NCBI GenBank assembly: GCA_951406725.2
Contig: OX597817.1
Location: 135,656,001-135,720,000 of the forward strand
Source of the DNA: Octopus vulgaris
Taxonomy: Eukaryota
DNA: 64,000 nt
Direction of reading: 5' to 3'
Of this stretch, positions 26,413 to 39,800 are shown in pieces (the stretch's first letter is position 1; each line of letters starts with the position of its first letter). The translations under genes and the position numbers were made by a program. The notes under the pieces were generated by a model. It was not told the origin of the DNA and made no database searches. It saw only the letters and a list, made by a program, of their open reading frames with translations.

Positions 26413-28251
26413 ATATATACATTGAAGTAATAAAGTTTGTAAGTTCAATCTGTCTTAACAGAAAAATAAAAATTGCTTCACCAAATGTTTTGAAGATCAC
26501 ACAATCTAACATAAAGTCTTCTGGTTATCATGGATGATGGCTAATTTCATCAGAAGCTCAAATTATATTGAATACTTACCATCAAGTAATCCACCCCATC
26601 AAGTAATAAAAATTTCTTTTTATCATGAATTTCACAAATACGTCACTTGTCTGCAATAAAGTTCCAGTTCTTTTGTTAAGCATCCACCTAGCCATCCCCA
26701 CTTTCTGCAGTTGTGGGGATTTGAAAACCAGATCCCTGGATACAAGGTCAGACATCACAAGCAAGCTACAATAGTTTCACATGGATGGTCTATTAACCCA
26801 TAAAGTGCTGGGATTTGCACTTACTTTGCACTTACTGGGATTTGCACATGGACTGCTGAGCACATTTTTATGAAAATGAGACTACCATGCACACATAAAA
26901 GACAAAAAATAGTTAAAATATCTTCTTAGTATATATTGGTGGTAAGTTTTACATCATGTAAAAAGTCATTAGTTGAACTATTAGTCCTCTTGCATTCTGG
27001 GGGTATTGGAGCGTTTGAGTGACATTAGACCCCAATAGGTGCCCATAAATTAAATGCATCTATGTGGGCCACGATTGTGGCCTGTCGACCTGTGCTTGAA
27101 GGCCACGATCGTGGCCTGTCGCGCTTTATGTGTTAAGCAACAAATCAACATAAAGCCATTGTGTGATTTAATCTTTTAGAATCTTCTTTTTGCATCCTAC
27201 AAAAGATGGTGTTTGGATTTATTACAGAATGTTGAGGCAGTTGTGCAATATATGTCTCCATTCTTGACTCACCAGATGGCCCATGGAGACAGCTCAGCTA
27301 GATGACCAAGAACCACCATCACCATTAATGCAGCACAATTGTTTCCAGTTACGTTGGGCAAGCCACATGTTGCTGCATCTGCGGTTTGTCATAAACTTCA
27401 AATGATATGTCTCTCCCAGTACGCAATTATTACTGCTGTTCTTTGTAAAAGGCCAACACATTTTGACTCTGTGTGCAGTAATAATAGCTTCTGTTGAATG
27501 TTTGCGGGTGTTGTCCAGTTACTTCTTCCCACAGTTCAAGAAACCTATTCTCATTCCTCAACTCAACCAGCCACCACAACAGCAAATAACACTCAAGCAA
27601 TACTGCTAATGTAAGTTTCAATAGCTTTCTTGTTACTCTTCTAAGCACTTCAGCATTAAACACACATTTTCTGTGTATAAAATACGCAACATCTTTGATA
27701 AACAGTGATGGTCAAATATAGATATCTTATACAGAATTTTGTTAGTTATCGCTGAGGCAACATTGCTGTGAAAGTACCCCAAAGAAGCATAATGAGAGCA
27801 GCACTACATATTTCACCATCATCTTCAATTGTCCAGAACCATTTCCTTCAACATCCACCCTACATTCATTATGTTGCACCTCTCCACTCACATTTTACAT
27901 TGATCATTCTTCTGTGCTATCAATTATCTCGCACTCTCACACACCCTTGTGACTTATCCACCATCTTTTATTTCATCCTTCTTGTTTATTACTATTCATG
28001 TTCTTCACTCTGTGCAGCCAGGTAGCACTTAGTCTCCCTTACCTCCCCTCCAACTAATATCTGTTGCTGATAACCCTACCAAACTTGTCATTCATACCCC
28101 CCCTACTCCATTTCTAACCATTCTTCTTCTAAACACTCTTGTAACCTCTACAAACACTACTTGCTCAACCTTTCTGTTTGTCTGCCACAATTCTTTTCTA
28201 TTCAGCTTTTTATACCTCGAGGGTTCACCATGACACTTCAAAACCATACTC

Positions 28252-28623
28252 TTTTACTTGTTTCAGTCATTTGACAGTGGCCATGCTGGACCACTGCCTT
28301 TAGTTGAAGAAATCAACTCCAGGACTTATGCTTTGTAAGCCTAGTACTTATTCTATCAGGCTCTTTTGCCAAACCGCCAAGTTTCAGGGACATAAACACA
28401 CCAACATCAGTTGTCAAGCGATGGTGGAGTGACAAACACAGGCACATACATACATCTATGACAGGCTTCTTTCAGTTTCTGTCTACCAAATCCATTCACA
28501 AGGCTTTGGTCGGCCCAAAGCTATAGTAGAAGAACGCTTGCCCAAAGTGTCACACAGTGGGACTGAACCTGGAACCATGTGGTTGGGAAGCAAGCTTTTT
28601 ACCACACAGCCACTCCTGCGTCT
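28252..28623 (-). mobile_element. tRNA-derived SINE (family of 10316)
   Basis: Reverse complement of 10316-10715. Confidence 0.8.
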
Positions 28624-29738
28624 ATATCTCTCTCTTTCCAGCTCCACCCTGATTACTCTTATAGAATGTGTGGTAGCTACACATTTCCTCCACAGCAACA
28701 AACCTGTTCCTGACTCATCTTTCATACTCCAACTTCCCAACACCCAGCAAAAAGCTGCATCTTTTTTACCTGTGGTCCCACTCAGTTAAGACGGATCTTG
28801 GTCTTGCAAGTTACATGGTAACCTCACTAGTGTTGGTGTTACACAAAAAATATCCAGTAAACTCTGTAAGATGGTCGACATTACGAAAGGTAGCCAGTGA
28901 GCCATAGAAACCATACCAAAGCAGACACTGAGGTATGCCATAGTCCTCTAATTCACTGTATCTTGTTAAACCATCTGAACCATGTCAACGTGGAAGAGAG
29001 ATATTAAATGATGAGCACGATCATTATGGCTAATGAAAAAGTTTATACCAATAAATAACATTTGATATTAAGTGGACAATTTTTATTTTGATAACGAAAG
29101 CATAAATAATAAATTAAATTAAATATAATGGTTACAAAAATATCAAAATCTTTTCAGAAATTATAAAATAATTCTCAGGAATAATTTCAGTGGGATGTAT
29201 ACTTTATTGTCTTTCAGGGAGCAGGGTATAAACAAAAAGTGCAAATAATAACGGGGAAAAATAAAATTCATTAAGATATTCAGCATGGATAATTGCCTCT
29301 AAACTCTTAGAGAGGACGAGATTTGGGGGTGGAGTGCAACAAAAAAGTTTAAAATGGAGGGAAAAAATGTCAGCTAAGAGGTACACGATTGAAAATCATA
29401 AAACACAGCCAATGATATAATCAGGTCCATTAATTAAAAGATTTAATGTAGTCCATCGATTATAATTGATGAAGATGGTTAAAAAGTCATTTTATCAAAT
29501 TTTTTTTATTTATTTGCGTAATTTATATATTGTATAATTTATATATTGTATAATGGACAAATGATTAAAAAACCAAACTTGGAAGAAGATTCATACCCCA
29601 CGGTGTGATATTTCATTGTGGACACTGTCTCCTGAAGTTGTAGGGCTGGGTTTCATATGTCATTAAGAAATCTTAATCATGATTATTTTAATTAATGTAA
29701 TCATTTCCACTGGTTTCACAAAATAAAATAAAAACTTA

Positions 29739-30542
29739 TCATTCAGCTTTCTTTTTGGCATCTTTGTTCTGTCTGAGAACTATGTTTAGCACAAACAGAT
29801 TGACATAGTGAATTTGAAGAATATCACAGATCTTGGACAAGAAATGGCCAGAGAGATATTTGAAAGCTAAATGTAAATTCCCCAAATGGAGGTCAAACAA
29901 TTTCAAAAATATAAATCCTAAACAAGAAATGAAAGCTTTTATGAAAAAATTCTTTGATTTTTCATTTGGAAACTTGTTGTATAAAAGTCTGGCAACGTGA
30001 AGTGCAGCGGCAATGTGTAAAATAAGAGAGATCTCAAATCCAGGAATTGGTAGAAGAACTAAGAAGTAACTCAAAATGGAAAGTGTACAAAGACCTAGAG
30101 CCTTTAACCAATTCCAGCCATATAGAATGGTAATTCCTTCAACAACAACCCACATGAAAAATGGAAGGGTCACCCACTGATCCAAAACAGCAAAAGCATG
30201 TATCTGAGTGAGAATCCTTAGTAACTGTATGGGAGAGTAAAACAGCGCCATCCAGTTAAATATATAGAAAAGAAATGACTGAGTTTCGGTAAAGACATTG
30301 CAATCAATATAATTTGATGTAATTGCCAGCCACATGGCGCCAACAATGGCATAACCAAAGTTAACCAAGGTGTTAAATGGCATTGTCATCCAGTCAGGGA
30401 CAAATATTAACATACTCGGGATTTCGGCATAATATTTATTTCCAAGCTCCATTGGAACATTTTCAAAGAATCCAATGTGAACAATGGTACACATTAACAG
30501 CAACGGAAACATAGTCAGTAGAAATGTCTTGAACATTACCAT
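29739..30542 (-). CDS. TMEM187: Transmembrane protein 187, single coding exon, 267 aa
   Basis: Motifs YAE, MPFNTLVN, AVLDQWVTLP, GFE, SCLGFIFLKLFD and GHFLSKICDILQIH match recalled human TMEM187. Splice acceptor tttctttcag 16 nt upstream of the ATG (exon starts 30558). Confidence 0.93.
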   Translation of the reverse strand: MVMFKTFLLTMFPLLLMCTIVHIGFFENVPMELGNKYYAEIPSMLIFVPDWMTMPFNTLVNFGYAIVGAMWLAITSNYIDCNVFTETQSFLFYIFNWMALFYSPIQLLRILTQIHAFAVLDQWVTLPFFMWVVVEGITILYGWNWLKALGLCTLSILSYFLVLLPIPGFEISLILHIAAALHVARLLYNKFPNEKSKNFFIKAFISCLGFIFLKLFDLHLGNLHLAFKYLSGHFLSKICDILQIHYVNLFVLNIVLRQNKDAKKKAE

Positions 30543-30799
30543 GGTTGCTCAGGAAAGTCTGAAAGAAAAAAAAAACAATGGAAATGGTAAACAAAATATC
30601 AAAGCTCTAATTCAATATTTATAAAATTTAAGCAATCTTTGGTTTCAGTGTAGGAAACGGTAGGAGACAATCTTTGCTTTTACTGGATTGTTTGGGTTTT
30701 ATTATCAGTCTTACAGTAGCATGTACCTGAACATCAAAGATCAGCCAAACTTAATTTCCTCTTAACACACACACACACACACATTAACAATATCTGCAA

Positions 30800-31032
30800 T
30801 AAAGTGGTGAGCCGGCAGTATTAGCACACCGGGCGAAATGCTTAGCGGTATTTCGTTTGCTGTTATGTTCTGAGTTCAAATTTTGCCGAGGTCGACTTTG
30901 CCTTTCATCTTTTCAGGGTCGATTAAATAAGTACCAGTTACGCACTGGGGTCGATATAATCAACTTAATCCTTTTGCCTATCCTTGTTTGTCCCCTCTGT
31001 GTTTAGCCCCTTGTGGACAATAAAGAAATAAA
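30800..31032 (+). mobile_element. tRNA-derived SINE monomer (Meta-domain-like)
   Basis: Same family as 26200; followed by aatatctgcaat, which also precedes it (likely TSD). Confidence 0.85.
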
Positions 31033-31664
31033 TATCTGCAATTTGTTGTAAGATACAGTAGAAATTCCACAGCCCAGTGTCAGCCATAAATGTCCCCTAC
31101 ATGGTAATAGTATCCTATCACTTCTTTCTTAATCCTTTAATTAATATTTAGGAGATCTAGTTCCTTTTCTTTGGTCATGTTTCCTATTCTTGCCTGCTTT
31201 CTCATCCTGGCTTCTGCAAAATATTCTTGCCTATCATTCTCATCACTTATATTTTGTTTTCTTTCTTGATTAATAAGTCTCATTTTCCTCCCAATTAACT
31301 AACTTTCTCTTCATCATACGACACTTTCTGGCCCTATTTCCTGCCCTAATGTCATTCCCTTCACCCTGAGTTATCACTTGTCATCATTCCTGATTCCCCT
31401 CCCCTTATCCCTAATTCTTCACTTTACCCTTTTCCCTTATATTTCCCTTTATTTTCTCTGCTTCTCTTCATTCAATTCTTGCTGTCATGCTCTCTGATCT
31501 TTGCTGTAACACATCCAACTCTGTTTCGGTTATAAAATAATTCAAGAAGTACTTGAAATTGCATAGTTGATAACAACTGTATCCAGGATATACTATTATA
31601 CATATTTTATGAAGAAATTTTGGAATAAAATTATGAACATAAGAGGAAGTTGGAAAATCTTTGT

Positions 31665-32060
31665 AGGAGTGGCTATGTGGTAAGTAGCTTGCTTACCAAC
31701 CACATGGTTCTGGGTTCAGTCCCACTGCATGGCACCTTGGGCAAGTGTCTTCTACTATAGTTTTGGGGCCAACAAGGCCTTGTGAGTGGATTTGGTAGAT
31801 GGAAACTGAAAGAAGCCCGTCCTATATATGTATATATATATATATATGTGCGTGTGTGTGTATTTATCCTCCCAACATCGCTTGACAACTGATGCTGGTG
31901 TGTTTACATCCTGTAACTTAGCGGTTCGGCAAAAGAGACCGGTAGAATAAGTACTAGGCTTACAAAGAATAAGTCCTGGGGTTGATTTGCTCAACTAAAG
32001 GCTGTGCTCCAGCATGGCTGCAGTCAAATGACTGAAAGAAGTAAAAGAGTAAAGAGTAAG
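31665..32060 (+). mobile_element. tRNA-derived SINE (family of 10316)
   Basis: Same head, body and (agagta)n tail. Confidence 0.85.
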
Positions 32061-32746
32061 AGTATTTATGTGCACAGACACACAATACACTCACACAAAT
32101 ATAAGCGCCAATGGCAGGTGCACATATACACATACCCTTCCTCCAAACACCCACGGCTAGTTGCCATCTTTGTATGAGTGTGTGTGTGTTGAATCTTTCT
32201 CTCTCTCTATTGTAAACACACATTTTGCCATTCTCTTTCCATAGCATCACAGATATTTTACACCACAGGAATCTATCATTAGCAATGTAATAGATTTCAA
32301 TCAAATTAAATAACCAGAAGCAAAAAATAAAAACGTAAATGGTGGTGGTCATGTCATTCCAAACTACATTAATGCAGTAAAGAAAATTAATTGCAATATT
32401 TGTTTTTCCCTTTTTGTTATCAAACAGTCAGCTCAAGAAAAACCATCAGTTTAAAAACTGGATAAAAGCCCAGGGAATAAGGTATCAAAGAAAGTGCTGT
32501 TTCCCATTCTATAGAATTTTTCATCAAATCATTGAAAACTGATATTCTATGTTATTAAATTTCAAAATATATCAGAATTGTATTTACATCATTTACATTT
32601 GATGGACATTTGTTACAATTACTTTTGTCTATTTCTTGACATTATTGTCTGCTATGAAGTGTGAAAAAATTCTTGATTCATTTATGGATCTTGGTTAGAG
32701 ACTTTCAAAGAAGATAGGGGGAGTAATTTCAAAATGTAAAAAATAC

Positions 32747-32856
32747 CACAAAGACAGAGAGCCTTTAACCAATTCCAGCCATACAGAATGGTAATTCCTT
32801 CAACAGCAACCCACATGAAGAATGGAAGGGTCACCCACTGATCCAAAACAGCAAAA
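32747..32856 (-). pseudogene. 110-bp duplicate of an internal TMEM187 segment, bounded by AG and GT
   Basis: Encodes FAVLDQWVTLPFFMWVAVEGITILYGWNWLKALCLC, near-identical to 30087-30195. Confidence 0.85.
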
Positions 32857-33195
32857 CTATGAAGGAAAAAAAAATTTGCACCATGATTTAATATCAAACT
32901 AGGGGTGCAGCTTATACTGGAGTGTGACTTACACATGAGTAAATTATGGTAACTTGTTTGCTTGTGAGAAGGAAGAACAGAGCTTTGTGGGCAAGGGGGG
33001 ACAACTATGGATACGTTTTACTCTGTTAGACTTCATCAGTAAAGTAGAATCTACTCAAGATGGTTTGATAAGCTGACATAAATTTTTACAAAATTCTGAG
33101 ATGATCAAAAGTCACTCAGATTAATCTTTCCTTTCATTCTTCCGGGATGAATAAAATAAAGTACCAGTCGAGTCCAAGCGTCGATCTAATATTTC

Positions 33196-33990
33196 GGATC
33201 TTTTCCTTTTGAACGGCACTTTGTAAAATAATTTCTAGGTAACTAAAAAGTTTTAAAGTTCGTATACTGGTAGAATGTATTGATAAAACATCATTTTTCT
33301 CTTGGCTTTATTGAGAAAATTCTATAGTTTGTAAGATATTTCGTCTGAAATTTCGAGCATTTCGGCAATTTTAACCAATCGATTACCTCCATTGACGTAA
33401 ACAACATTCCATGCGGTATGAATATGTCCCTCGTTTAAGAAACAGATTAGGTTTATTTACATTTGTGAAGAAAAAGATACCCTTTCCCCACCCCTAACCC
33501 TAAATCTAAAATAGATTGAAATGCAATAGATCGATACTAGGGTTATAATTATGGGTGACAATTTCACATGACACCGCTACGGAAAATGGGATTTTGTTCT
33601 AGCGGTGTCAAATGAAAATGTCACCCATAATTATGGCCCTAGTATCGATCTATTGCATTTCAATCTATTTTAGATTTAGGGTTAGGGTTAGGGGTTGGGG
33701 AAGGGTATCTTTTTTTCTTCACAAATGTAAATAAACCCAATCTGTTTCTTAAACGAGGGACATATTCATTATGCACAGAATGTTATTTACCTAAATGGAG
33801 GTAATTGATTGGTTAAAATTGCCGAAATGCTCGAAATTTCAGACGATATATCTTACAAACTATAGAATTTTCTCAATAAAGCCAAGAGAAAATGATGTTT
33901 TATAAACACATTCTACCAGTATACAAAGTTTAAAACTTTTTAGTTACCTAGAAATTATGTTACAAAGTGCCGTTCAAAAGGAAAAGATCC
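33196..33990. mobile_element. Foldback DNA transposon: ~385-bp arms, 20-bp spacer, 8-bp TSD
   Basis: Ends ggatcttttccttttgaacggc / gccgttcaaaaggaaaagatcc. TSD aatatttc at 33188-33195 and 33991-33998; spacer 33580-33599. Confidence 0.92.
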
Positions 33991-35190
33991 AATATTTCTT
34001 TAATACATCTTATATGTAAATGGAATCATAACGGTTTACTTTACACGATTTAAAAATAAAATGAGCCAAGGGAAGTAATTCAAATGCGTCAATGTCATGA
34101 ATTTTGATTAACTAAAAGATGAGGCCCTGAAACGCAATAAGCAAAAAATATTCTTAATTAACTGAAGGGGAAAAGAAAAACCTAGTGGCAATGGTCAACA
34201 GATCAGTGGAGATAAATTCATAGAAGTTCTAAATTCATCCAGATTTATACTTTGGAAGGTCTTATAGAATTATTTCCTTTGGCTCATTTTGGCACTTCTC
34301 CGAAATGGTCACAGGCACAATGCCGCTGCGACTCAAGGACCTGTTGAAATGAACTAGTTTTTACCCCTGCTTCTAACGGGGGGAGGGAACTTTAGCGAGA
34401 TCATTGGACTTGCTAAAAACTGGATAAATTTCTATCAAATCACACTGTAAATATATTTATAACAGAGAAAAAGTAAATAACTGCACAACGGATAATGTAG
34501 TGTTAGATACGTTGTTTTCCATTAAGACGAGATGGTCGTGGCTAGAATGGTTTTAATCAGAGGTATGCTCAATGTGAGCTGACAACCAAGTTTTATGTGT
34601 GACTTTACCATACCTTGGTGGAATTAATATCTTTACTTGTGCCACTTCACCCTCTCTCGATGATGTGTGTGCAAAAACGAACCTTTACCGGCAGAAAGAG
34701 AACAAGCAGAAGGAATGAATAAGAGTGACACGACATGGTTGTTGGAGCAGTTAGAAATAGGAACCAAATCTCTCTCAAATCACCGACCTACGATCTTATA
34801 AAAGAGCAAACAAACAAAAAATAACGGATGGTTAGGAGGGTTGTGACGATAGGACAGCACGATCAAGGATGGCCTGTGGTTAAACAACAACCGTAGAGAA
34901 ACGACAACACCGCAGGATTGTAAGGAATGTAAAAGGAAACGGATCGAATGATAAAGGGAGGATGTGGTCAGGGCAGAAGGGGATTCGGATTAAGAAGAAA
35001 ATATAATGGATGATTAACAGCCAGGTGCGTGTATATACGTATATATATATGTATGTATTATATGTACACACACGCACGCACGCGTATACGTATATATACA
35101 TGTATATATGTGCACACACACACACGCATACAGACAGACACACGCATACAGACACACGCATAGACAGACACACGCATATATATATATATA

Positions 35191-35222
<32 letters not shown>

Positions 35223-36074
35223 CACGTGCGCGCGTGTATACGCTCGCATATAAACATACACGCGAAAGAGAAATGTGATTATTTTACTTTCAATTTGTAA
35301 AATGCGACCAAACAGGAAAATAGCAGAAACCAATTAATATTTACAAGCAATTATATATATAGATAGTTTTTTTTAAATTGTAAAGTGAAAAAAATATTTC
35401 GCGAGTAAAGTAATAAAGAAAAATAAGAAAGAGAAGACGAAGATAAAAGAAAAAGTTGGAAACGAAAACAAGAAGAAATGAAAGAACAACCTCACCGTCG
35501 TCATAAGTTTATGTAAAGTCAGGGGTTTTGTTCCCAGTTTCGTATCTCCCAATATTTTCCCAAAGGGTGAAAATGTTTCTAACGATAGATTTAAATTATG
35601 TATTATAAAATTATATGGTTTTTTTTTCTGTATCATGTGCTCGTCAATTTTATCGAAATATTAATCTGTCTCCAATCATCTCTTATCTCATCGACTCTTT
35701 TGACCTCCTCTCACCTCCAAAGTCGCGTGTTCGTCATGAAAAATACATCTGATAATGTAATACTATAAACACCCATTGCAGTGTCGAGACAAATATGAGG
35801 TGGTCATGGCAGGAGCGACTTTAATGGCTGGCTTGCTCAGTTACAGCTCTGACCTGAAGTTGAACAACAACAACCAATGACGTCCAAATACCGAGAAAAA
35901 TAGTTGAAGAAAAGTTTTTATCCGAAGCGTCGTAACTTAACTCTTTTCACAGCACAAAGACTTATTTTATTTTACAAAACTAATCAATTGTTATGGATTA
36001 AAAACGAATCTTGTGGTGTCAGCTCTGTCTGAGCAGAATTATGACCAAAGACATTCTGACCATGACCATTCTGT

Positions 36075-36417
36075 GGTTGTAGTTGTGATACCAGTGCCGG
36101 TGGCATGTAAAAGAACCATCTGAACGTGGCCGTTGCCAGCACCGCCTCAACTGGCCTCCGTGCCAGTGTCACATGAAAAGCACCAACCGATCATGGCCGT
36201 TGCCAGCCTCACCTGGCGCCTGTGCCAGTGGCACGTAAAAAGCACCCACTACACTCACGGAGTGGTTGGCATTAGGAAGGGCAAACAGCTGTAGAAACAC
36301 TGCCAGATCAGACTGGAGCCTGGTGCAGCCTCCTGGCTTCCCAGACCCCAGTCGAACCATCCAACCCATGCTAGCATGGAAAGCAGACGTTAAACGATGA
36401 TGATGATGATGATGATG
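36075..36417 (+). mobile_element. RTE 3'-UTR fragment
   Basis: Same family, (GAT)n tail. Confidence 0.8.
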
Positions 36418-38449
36418 AAGATTACATTGTCATCTTTGTCCTTTATAAGGTGGTAGGATTATGTAGTTATTTGCGAAACAGTTGCGTGTCCTTTCTGGTA
36501 TAGTGACTGATCACAGAGAGATTCCTTGAGAGACTTTGATGAATCTGGTTTCACAGATGTGATAGTAATCAAAAGTTATGCTCAACTAATAAACCATCAT
36601 GAAAATAAGGAGCAAATATGCTAAATTTTAAATCTCATGATAGCAGTAGGTGTCTTAACACACACTCAGGTGTCACTGATTGATATTTAAGCCAAACTGA
36701 CTCTGGATATTTCACTGTGGTTCCAATATACTGGACATAGAAATTAAGTGAACAAGTGTGTCTGTGTCTATCTGACTCTCTCTCTCTCTCTCTACTCCCC
36801 CCTCTCATAGATTTATTTATCAGTGCCACATAGAAGGCACCTAGTACACTCGTGAATTGGTCACCATTAAAAGGAGTATCCAGCAGTAGACCCCCATGTC
36901 AAAGCAGTCCTCTGTCTTGCTGGCTCCTGTCAAACTATCCAACCCATGCCAGCATCGTAAATGATGATGATGATGATGATGACGATGACAATGATTGTGA
37001 CAATGATGATGAACAATCACAAGAATCTGCCGAACATTCTTCAACAGGTGCCTAAATGGAGGCTGTAGAGTTTGGTCGTTCATGTTTCTATGATAAAATC
37101 TCACCATGGCCTTTCACTGTTTCTTCCACTTCTCTTTTATAGTTTCCAAGCTGGAAAGATGTGATTTGTCATGATGCTGTGCAGAAGGCAGCTTATTTTC
37201 ATAAACAACTAAAATGAGCTGAGTCAACAAGAGGCTCTATATGGCTGCTCAACCTGCTAGAAATCACAGTTAAATATCTTTCAAATCACACCCAAAAGAC
37301 ATACAGAATGATGTCCTGGGTTTGTTGTACATAGGAAAAATGTGGGATGGTCATGGCTAGCATACCTTTGGGTATAGGTCTTCTCAATCAGGGCTAACCT
37401 TGTGCTAAAACCTTGTGTGTGTGTGTGTGTGTGTGAATGTCTCCTTGCCTTGGCATTGCTTGATGGTTGTAAGCATGTCCGACCATGACAAGATACTAGT
37501 TTACTTGGAAACAGATGAGAGTTGGCAACAGGAAGAGCATCAGGCTGTACAAAATCCATCTCAAAATATTCTCTCTGACCCAAACAAAACAAAGCAAACA
37601 CTGATTTCTTGCTGACTGCTCTTCTGTACATGGCTTCTCCTGTCCTCACAAGCTGTTCAATCTAACGATGACTAGATTACAGAGCAAGGCAGCTACCCTG
37701 TCAAACACCTTTTCTAGATCAATAAATGTTAAGTTTCATGGCTTACTCTAAGCTATGTACTTCTTTTGCAGGTAATTCAGTTGGAAGATGACATCAGTGA
37801 TACCTCTTCCAGGTACAAAGCCAAACTGCATCTCATTTACGCTAATTCTGTTCTATGACTCTTTCTATAAATTCGGTTCAACAATCTGGTGCCTCTGTAA
37901 AAACTAACACTTCCTTTTTCCAAGCTGAGATTCAAAACCGAATATAAGGATTCTCACTCATCTGATCCACCACTGGCCAAACAGGTGCACAAGAAATTTC
38001 TTTGTCCTGTCAAAAAGTGATGGATGGATTTCCCTCCAACCTACGACATAAGCTGTGTCATTTAAGGTTTAAGTGGACAGGAGGCGACCTACATAGGTAG
38101 AAATTACTCCTATGATGTGTCAGTTCTTCTAGCTATCATGACCATTATGAATACAGTCAGACATACGACAGGAGGCAGAGAGCCATCACCAGGCATACTG
38201 TCAAGAGACAAGCAGACAGCCAGCAGTTAACTTGTGCCAGTTAAGCAGCCGACAGAGAACCACATATTCAACACGAACAGCCCAACACAGCAGCAGACAC
38301 CAATGAATCATGAACACACACAGACACAAACCATGCCCGGTTCTACCTCATCACATCGAAACAGTATTTCCCTTGTTTATTTTCTTCTTCACCAACTTGA
38401 AGCAAGTTGGTTATGTCATGTAGTGAATTTCCTGGTGTATACAACATGT

Positions 38450-38930
38450 AAATAATAATAATAATGAAATTATTGTATACAGTGCTCAGGTGCACCACAA
38501 CTTGTCAGAGTATATGCAGTAATGTACAAATGTCTGGAAAGCGAACAATGCATGAGTCAGATACATGCTTGTGTGTGTATGGAGGGGAGAAAATCAGGTG
38601 TAGCGTTGGCAAATCTCAGAAAGCATGGAAGTTTTGAAGGATGCAGTGCTCCGACAACTAACAACTGATGCCGGCAGTTTGTTCCATGCTTCAGCAACTC
38701 TCAGCATGAAAAAATGTTTCCTGAAGTCATGGGAGCTGTGCTGTTTTCTGACTTTGTAAATATGTCCACGGGTGTTAGATGCGTGGAGTTTGAAAAGGAG
38801 CTCAGAGTTATTGTTTGTAAGATGGTTAATAATTTTATGGGTGTCTGCCAAGTCAGCTGCCAGATGTCGGAGTTTCAATGTGTCCATGCCCAGCGGGTGT
38901 AAGGCGTTCAGGATATGGCAAATGCCTGGT
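38450..38930 (-). mobile_element. CR1-like LINE 3' end
   Basis: TRGHIYKVRK...RKHFFMLRVAEAWNKLPASVV is the CR1-type ORF2 C-terminus; (ATT)n tail. Confidence 0.85.
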
Positions 38931-39654
38931 GTTGATTAAATAAATTATTTAAACCACAATACGATGCTTTTCCATTGTTTTACTTTGATGTCGTCCACAT
39001 GCCTGTTTCCTCTGCTACCTCAATGGACATCTTTTGCTACACCATTCCACTGCAGCTCTCTCTTGTGCATTTCCTTTTATTATGTAACAATGTATTTCTG
39101 CTATGCCTATCATTGGGTAGGATAGCTTCCCATAATTACCTAATGTTGTAGAGTGAAACTGTATCCCCCTCCTAGTAAAAAGTGGTCGTAACCAGCCATT
39201 ATAAATAGACCAGTAACCTACTGGGGGTTGCACAGTGCCAGACAGAAACATTCTGTTGACACTTTGTAATATAACAATATCTGTCAGAGCAACAACCGTC
39301 ATCAAAGACAGATACAACAGTAGCAAAAGACCGCTTTACAATACCTGATTAACAGATCAAGTGTCCAGCATGTACCCTACTTCACCAGGTATTTTAATCC
39401 CTTCACTTACTGTCCTCGATGAACCAGAAGCTTTCCCCTACCTTCATATATTTACCAACTTGGGAAGGCTGGTCACTCTTTGGGTCCACATAGGGTAGGC
39501 CCAGATGTTCTTATTTCTGCTTTATCCTATTTTGTTCACCCAGCCCCACAAAGATATGGGGAGAAGTTGTGAGCCCCGATGACATGACCAAAATATTGCA
39601 GTTTTTGTCATCTGACCATTGTTAGATCCATTCCCATTTCCTCTTGGAGTAAAT

Positions 39655-39800
39655 CATTCATTTCCCCCCTCCATACACACGCAAGCATCTATCTGACTCA
39701 TACACTGTTCACTTCCCAGACATTTGTACATTACTGCATATTCTTTATACACACTTTTGACAAGTTGTGGTGCACCTACTGTATACAATAATTTCATTAT
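39655..39800 (+). mobile_element. CR1-like LINE 3'-UTR fragment
   Basis: Reverse complement of 38460-38595. Confidence 0.75.

Noticed and set aside
34605-35560. Minus-strand donor-like sites (~34612, ~35495) as TMEM187 5'-UTR exons
   Set aside because: Splice motifs alone are insufficient.
39015-39326. 103-aa ORF with hydrophobic N-terminus
   Set aside because: Non-ATG start, no recognisable motif, and it lies between LINE fragments.
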